From contig NC_043008.1 in NCBI RefSeq assembly GCF_006345805.1, forward strand, positions 7,254,001 to 7,318,000: a DNA stretch of 64,000 nucleotides, read 5' to 3'. Within the stretch, counting starts at the first letter, position 1. Every line of letters starts with the position of its first letter. A model generated the notes under the pieces. The model had not been told where the DNA came from. It saw nothing but the letters and a program-made list of their open reading frames with translations, and made no database searches. The position numbers and the translations under genes are program-made. This stretch comes from Octopus sinensis. Lineage: Eukaryota. Shown here one piece after another: positions 55,611 through 64,000 of this stretch.

Positions 55611-56065
55611 AAATTTTGCGCTACTTTCATCTAAATCTTTATCCTCTGTTTTTATCATCTTCGTCGTCATCATCGTCACCACCACAACCATCTTCACCGC
55701 CACCACTACCACCAAATTCTTTCTCTTACTTCTCCCCTCTTCTCAATGTCCCTAAATCTCTTACTCCACCCCCATTCTTCATAATCTTACTCTCATATGA
55801 TAAATGTTCAATCTCTACGGTCTTCTTCACATCATTGCTATTTCTATTCTCCACTACATTCCCTAGCATTTATCTCACCTTTGACCTCTTAATCCTTCTA
55901 CCCCGTTATCGGTTCATTCTTGTACTCTTCAACTTCTAACCCAAAACGTACTCTCTCAGATACAATGTACTCGAAAAGGCCTGGACTTTTTCTAGTTACT
56001 CATGGACGTCTCCATTTTTTATTCTACTCGTACAGCTTCTGCATTTCTACCATTACTCACGCACA

Positions 56066-56101
<36 letters not shown>

Positions 56102-56172
56102 CAAAAACATATAAGGCACAGCTTAGCGGTTTGGTAAAAGAGGTTGACAATATAAATACGAGATATTAAAAG

Positions 56173-56355
56173 GCTGTGAAGATTTTAGAACATTTATAAA
56201 TAGAAGATATTACAGCTGTTTCCAGGATATTTATTATATTCCTTCATCGGAGAAGGGATATAATAAATGAAGGGTATCCGATGAAGGGATATAATAAATA
56301 TCCTGGAAACAACTGTAAAATCTTCTATTTATAAATGTTCTAAAATCTTCACAGC
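56173..56355. mobile_element. Inverted pair of hammerhead-containing Penelope-like terminal repeats
   Basis: Arms 56173-56251 and 56277-56355 are near-perfect reverse complements. Each arm carries CCGATGA-a-gg(g/a)atat-aataa-atatcct-g-GAAA-ca(g/a)ctg-TA. Confidence 0.75.
56271..56323 (+). ncRNA. Type I hammerhead ribozyme variant (U4C core, palindromic stem III)
   Basis: agggtat-CCGATGA-a-gggatat/atatcct-g-GAAA-caactg-TA-aaatctt. The inverted sister copy supplies the perfect palindrome ACAGCTGT and the stem I partner atatctt. Confidence 0.65.
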
Positions 56356-56590
56356 TTTGGTTTTTTATTATCTCATTCGACAAAAAAAAAAATTATATAC
56401 ACACGCTGTTATATATGACCTACGTTGGACTCCTTATTCACATAATCACCGAACTTGGTGCTCATCTATGGTCGATCCGTACCACTTACTCAGCATTACC
56501 TGACACCTTGGGTCTTACTGACACCATTAACTCTCATAACCTCCTATATACATATACACACACACACACATATATATATAATATATGTGA

Positions 56591-56643
<53 letters not shown>

Positions 56644-56649
56644 TAGTAA

Positions 56650-57055
<406 letters not shown>

Positions 57056-57344
57056 TATATATGCATGCATACATACATATACGAATATAAGTATATATCT
57101 ACATCTGTTGATTACCCTTCTACTGCCGATTTGCAACCACGTCACATAGTGTTCCTCCCCTATTTCTTATCTACTAAAACACACCAGAATCATTCTTACC
57201 TTTATCTTGCATCTATCATCGTCAGAGACTTTTTGTCTGTCTCTTTTCTTAACATGTGAAACTTCCTTTCATTTCCTATTGTTCTTTTTGAAGTTGATGT
57301 TTTTGTAACTGATGTGATTGTTACTCATGCTAATGTTGTCATTC

Positions 57345-57376
<32 letters not shown>

Positions 57377-58260
57377 CTTCTTCTTCTTCTCCTCCTCTAC
57401 CTTTTCCTCTTTCCTTCCTCTCTTTCTTCTTTCTCTTCTTTCTTCTTCTTCTTCTTCTCTTCTTCTTCTTCTTCTTCTCCTTCCTCTTCCTCATCCTATT
57501 CCTCTACTCTCTTCCTCCCCTTTCTCTACCCACTTCCTGCTCTTCGCCTACCCACTTCCTCCTATCCTCCTGCTCCTCATCTTCTTCATCATCATCTTCT
57601 TCTTCCTCTTCTTCTTCTTCTTCTTCTCCTCCTCCTTCTTCTCCTTCTTCTTCTTCTTCTTCTTCTTCTCCTTCTTCTTCTCCTACCTCTTCTACTTCTT
57701 CCTCTCCACCTCTTCCTTTTCTCCTTCTATTCATTCTTCCACTTCTTGCTTTTCTCCTTCCTCTCCTTCTTCCTCTTCTTCATTTTCTTTTTTATCCTGC
57801 ATTGCTACTCTTCCGTATTCTTACCAGCCTTCCTCCTCCCCTTCATCTCCTTCCATGTTATGTCACGTCGTTATTATCTCCTCCACCTCCCTCTTTCCCT
57901 TTATCTCTCCTCTCTCCTCCATTCCCCTCCCTCTCCTTCCCTGTTTCTCCCTCTCTCTTTCTCTCACTCTCCTTCTCTGTCTCACCCTCCTCCCTTCATT
58001 TACATAACGTCTTCTTCCTACATCTCCTTCTCCATTCAATTAGACAAAATCAATAATGGCGTGTGTGGTTATATATCACAACAACGACGTCAATTTTTTT
58101 GTAATCCTTCTAAATACAAAATAAAGAACCCACTCCCCTAGAAACGCGAAAAAATATTTTTAAAACTAACAAATAGGAGCAACCACAATTACTTTGGTGC
58201 TTCCCCATTCCTGGCATGCATACACAAACATGCGCTCACATAATTATATGCATGCATATA

Positions 58261-58327
<67 letters not shown>

Positions 58328-58340
58328 TTACATACATATA

Positions 58341-58373
<33 letters not shown>

Positions 58374-58437
58374 GTATATATTATGTATATATATGTATAT
58401 ATATGTATATATATGTATATATACATATATATATATG

Positions 58438-58474
<37 letters not shown>

Positions 58475-58690
58475 GTGTGTGTGTTATACAGGTGTATTTA
58501 GTGATTTTTTCTGACTTACAATGTGTACTAGCACTCGCGTATACAAGCACGCGCGCGGATATGTACGCAGACGCATGGAATGAAAAGATGCAGTATTTGA
58601 CGAAACAGAATTGGAAGACTACTACCCAACTTTACCAAAAGTGACAACAGCAGTCAATGCATACATATACATCAATCATATATATACGTA

Positions 58691-58754
<64 letters not shown>

Positions 58755-58993
58755 TACACATCATATATATATATGTATAGATATGTATGTATAATATATA
58801 TAATATATATATATATATACATAATATACACATCATATATCTATTATACATCATATATATGTATATATGTGTGTATATATGGGTGTGTGTATATACATAT
58901 TAATGTATATATAAACACTGGCGTACATATGCATACATATTTCGTAAGCATGAACCTACATATCATACATGCGTTCGAGCGCGTACACACAAG

Positions 58994-59025
<32 letters not shown>

Positions 59026-59088
59026 TGCATATATTTAAACACATGAGCATAACCATGTATGTGAGTGCGTTCTGTTGCATACAAACGC

Positions 59089-59121
<33 letters not shown>

Positions 59122-59151
59122 TTCGTATGTATATATATATATGTGTGTGTG

Positions 59152-59188
<37 letters not shown>

Positions 59189-59191
59189 ATG

Positions 59192-59226
<35 letters not shown>

Positions 59227-59594
59227 ATGCGTGTGGTGTATACATCCACAAATCTCCACACAAGTGTCGACACACGCACCTACGCAAACATACATACAAA
59301 CAGACAGACAGAAGAGGGAGAAAAATACAGAAGAAAACAAAACAAAAAAAACAACCAAACAAACAAACAAGAACAACAAATAAACGAAAGAAAAAAAAAA
59401 TATATATATATAACAAAAAAATGCGCTGAAGAAGTACTTTCAGTACAGATGCATGTCGTAGTTTCAAGTGAAACATTGTACTTGTGGAGATATAGAATTT
59501 AATCAAACGCTCATTGCTCGCTATAGTCATACGTACGTGTCGAATGATCGGTAGAAAGCCAATACGCCATCTATCACAAATACTATTATCACTA

Positions 59595-59642
<48 letters not shown>

Positions 59643-60314
59643 GTGTCATTGTTGTTGTTGTTGTTGTTGTTGTTGATGTTGTCGTTGTTGTTGTTATTCA
59701 TATTATTGCTATATTTCTTCGTTCAGTTGTTTCTTGCACAAATAGCAAAAATAACAAAGAAAGCATGGTATTTCTTTAGAGAAAAATATATATGGATCTG
59801 CCTGAATAGCTTTCGTATGAAAAGAAACAAGATGAATCCTGCAACAACAACAAGAACAACAACAACAACAACAACAACAATAAAAGAAAATACAAGAAGA
59901 AAATAAATAAATGTATATAGAAATAAACCCCAAAAAATAAAATAAATAAAATAAAAGCCCATCATGAGAAATATCAGTCATTGTATAGAATTACTGCGAT
60001 ACTAAGAAAGATAGCAACCACGAGCACAAATCAGAGAAGTAAAAGCCAAACAACACAAGACTACAACGACAACAACAACAATACGAACATCATTAACAGC
60101 AACGAGAACAAGAATACAAGCATCAACAACAAAAGGAAGAAAAGGAAGACAATATATGTGTACGTGTGTGTGTATACATATATATGTATATGTATATGTA
60201 TAGTATATATATATATATATATCTATATATAGTAAAATGCATATGATTAAATATATAAAAAATAACATATGTATGTATATATATATGTGCATATATGTAT
60301 GTAATATATATACG

Positions 60315-60381
<67 letters not shown>

Positions 60382-60769
60382 ATATATATAATATATACAT
60401 ACATACATATACTCATGTACGCATGCATGCATAATATGTATATATATATATATATATGTATAAATATATATATGTATATGCTTGTATACATTGATGTATA
60501 TACCTATATACACATATATAAATATATGTATACATATATATGTATATAAAATTGTATACATATACATATATGAATACACATATATATATATATATACACA
60601 CAGACACACACACACATATATACACCGTAGTTACAGAATGAACGTGGATAGCATTTAAACTACAAGACTAGCAGGGTTAGCATCGTCATCAGCAAATGTA
60701 TAAACTATGGCAATCAGAACAACCAGAAGAACAATCACGACGAGGAATTGGAATTATGTCATCGACATC

Positions 60770-61466
60770 ATTGTACTCATCATCATCATCATCAGCACCA
60801 CCGCCACCATCACCATTATTATCTTCATCACCATTATCATCTTCATCATCTCCATCATCATTATAATCATCTCCATCATCATAATCATCATCATCATTAT
60901 CATCATTACCATCATCATCATAATCATCATCATCATTATCATCATCATCATCATCTTAATCATCATCATCATAATCATCATCTTCATCATCATCATCATC
61001 ATTATCATCATAATCATCATCAGCAGCAGCAGCATCATTATCATCATCATTATCATCATAATCATCAGCAGCAGCAGCATCATCTTCATCATTTATCATC
61101 ATTGCTATCATCCACAACAACAACAGAAGCAACAGCACCACCACCGCCACCACCACCATCACACACCGTCAACCCCCCCCCCGCCACCAAAATTACTTCC
61201 AACCACATTCAGCAATTGACAACAATAATAATTGAACGTCTATTATCTCCTCGTGAAAGCAGAATCGACCAAACAACAACAACAAAAGCAACAGCAGCAG
61301 CAGCAGCAAAATGAACAGCAACAACAATAAGAACAACGACGACGACGACGACGACGACAACAGCAAGAAGAACATGAACGGCATAAACTAGTTCAAATGG
61401 AACAGTAAATAAAGCAATAAAAATCACGGACAAATATTGTAATCTCCTCCTCCTACTCATCATTAT

Positions 61467-61506
<40 letters not shown>

Positions 61507-61919
61507 TTCACCACCATCATTATCATGATCATCATCATCATCATCACCCCCTCCTCCCCCTCCTCTTCCATTTTCTTGTCTTCCCTTTCTTGTCTTACGT
61601 TTTCTTCACCTCGTCGTCAGCGTTGTCCCCCTCCTCCTACTCTTCCTACTCCATCATCATCATCAGCATCATCATCATCATCATCGTCATGATCGTCATC
61701 TTCATCATCATCGTCATCATCATCATCATCGTCATCATCATCATCATCATAATCTTCATCATCGTCATGATCATCATCTTCATCATCATCCTCATCATCG
61801 TCATCGTCGTCGTCATCATCATCTTCATCATCATCATCATCATCATCATCGTCATCGTCGTCATCATCATCCTCATCATCTTCATCATCATCCTCATCAT
61901 CATCGTCATGATCGTCATC

Positions 61920-61952
<33 letters not shown>

Positions 61953-62010
61953 GTCATCGTCGTCATCATTCTCATCCTCATCATCGTCATCATCATCATC
62001 GCCATCATCA
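60770..62010. repeat. (CAT)n-dominated trinucleotide arrays
   Basis: Read directly: 60770-61090, 61450-61545 and 61652-62010, with recurrent cgtcatgatcgtcatctt variants. Confidence 0.95.
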
Positions 62011-63276
62011 CTTTTTCCATGAGGCTAGTCATATTAAATATCATCCGTGTCGTCACCGACTTAATCAATAGCATTATGATCGTTATCTTCATATTCGCTA
62101 GGTACGATAGGCATCAGTAGAATCGGTTAATATAATCAATGTTATCTTCATATTTAGAGTCATCATCATCGTGGTCACCATCATCAGCTCATCATATCAT
62201 CAACATCATCATCATCAGCCACAACAACCGCATCGTCTAATCATCGTCATCATCATCATCAATATCAGCAGCAGCAGCATCAGTATTATCGTCTAATCAT
62301 CATCATCATCGTCATCGTCGTTTTCGTCGTCGTTGTTATCTCATTTCAATCGTCATCGGCATCTACTACATGGAGAAGAGAAAGAAGAAGGAAAGAGGAG
62401 GAAGGAGACGTAGAGGAAGAAGAAGGAGGAGAAGAAGAAGAAGAAGAAGAAGAAGAAGAAGAAGAAGAAGAAGAAGAAGAAGAAGAAGAAGAAGAAGAAG
62501 AAGAAGAAGAAGAAGAAGAAGAAGAAGGGAAGAAGAAGAAGAAGAGGGTAAAAAGAAGGAGGAGGAAAAGAAGAAAAGAAAGAAGAGGAAAAAGAATAAG
62601 AAGAAAAAGAAGTTGCAGAAGAAGAAGAACAACAACAACAACGACAACAACAATAATACTAACAAACTCATCAACAACAACAACAACATAAATAAATAAA
62701 AGCAACAACAACATAAATAAAAGCAACAACAATAACAAGAACAGCTGCTACTGTTTTAGCTGTGTGAGGAAAATAGCGATAAGTGAATGAGATAAATCTC
62801 GATTCATGAAGTGTAACGACGAGAAAATTAGCGACCGAAACGGATCAAATGTAGCTGCATTAACAACAAGAAGAAGACGAAGACGAAGAATATGTTCAGC
62901 TGCTGGAACATTAGCAATAGTGTACACTATTTGGAATCAATGTTAGCAATAAAGAGCCACAGAAATAGCGGTAACCACAATAATATTTGTAGCAGTAGTA
63001 GTAGTAGTAGTAGTAGTAGCAGCAGCAGTAGCATTAACTCTCTGACAATAGTCTTACCTTTATGATGCTGTCAGACGGAAGACCATTGCCTGTCAACGAA
63101 AGTATAATATTAGAGTAGAATGCATTTTGAAAATGGCGTAATTGTACGTAAATTAGTTTCGAGCGTAAATAAGCCAGACGAAATATGATATTTTATCTAG
63201 TATTAACCCTACATTCGTGTCTAGGGTACTGTTTGTGCTTTTATATAAGGATGTGTTCACTAATATTTCGTCCTGT

Positions 63277-63810
63277 TAAGGCGGCGAGCTGGCAGAATCG
63301 TTAGCACGCCGGGCGAAACGCTTAGCGGTATTTCGTCTGCCGTTACGTTCTGAGTTCAAATTCCGCCGAGGTCGAATTTTCCTTTCATCCTTTCGGGGTC
63401 GATTAAATAAGTACAGTTACGCACTGGGATCGATATGATCGACTTAATCCGTTTGTGTTTCCTTGTTGGTCCCCTCTATGTTTATCCCCTTGTGGGCAAT
63501 AAAGAAATATATATATATATATATACTCTTTTACTCTTCTACTTGCTTCAGACATTTGACTTTGGCCATGCAGGAGCACCGCCTTTTAGTCGAGCAAATC
63601 GACCCCAGGAATTATTCTTTGTAATCCTAGTACATATTCCTAGGTATTTCGTCTGCCGTTACGTTCTGAGTTCAAATTCCGCCGAGGTCGACTTTACCTT
63701 TTATCCTTTCGGAGTTGTTGACAAGTTAAGTACATGTTGCATACTGGGGTCGATGTAATCAACTGGCCCCCTCCCCAAAGATTTCGGGCCTTATGCCTGG
63801 AGTAGAAAAG
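63277..63810 (+). mobile_element. Composite SINE B dimer containing an antisense SINE A 3' fragment
   Basis: Full B unit 63278-63508, (TA)n, antisense A tail 63525-63639, then a headless B unit from ggtatttc (63643) with the alternative tail. 14-bp TSD aatatttcgtcctg at 63262-63275 and 63811-63824. Confidence 0.88.
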
Positions 63811-64000
63811 AATATTTCGTCCTGGTGTGGCGAGACTATTCTTCACTGCTGCCGCTAAAAGCATACATAACAACATCCAGATTTGTCTGCTCTATTTCTC
63901 AGAAAGCAAGAAATAATTAATGATCAATAAAGATAATTCTGATCTCGGAATGTTTTATTCTATTTTAAATTGTGATGTTCAATACATTAAATATACTCGC

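Noticed and set aside
59424-59460. CTGAAGA-a-gtact/agtac hairpin resembling a hammerhead 5' half
   Set aside because: Followed by AGAT rather than GAAA, with no convincing stem I.

Overview
AT-rich, microsatellite-saturated animal intergenic or intronic DNA. The SINE families and repeat landscape are typical of octopus (inference from recognition, not a database match). No intact host protein-coding gene can be supported, and nearly all long ORFs in the track are read-throughs of (TA)n, (CA)n, (ATT)n, (CAT)n or (GAA)n repeats. Identifiable content: many copies of three or four tRNA-derived SINE families (several with clear 13-18 bp target-site duplications), a decayed R4/Dong-type non-LTR element with an RLE endonuclease domain, three Tc1/mariner remnants and a Helentron-like non-autonomous element. 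The main unexpected signal is a set of minimal type I hammerhead ribozyme motifs from about five unrelated sequence families. They have short or palindromic stem III and sit in short non-coding units, often inside (TA)n tracts, arranged as tandem copies or fold-back palindromes. This matches Penelope-like pLTR or retrozyme-type mobile RNAs. A second signal is multimeric SINEs that share a fixed internal re-entry junction and were inserted as single units.
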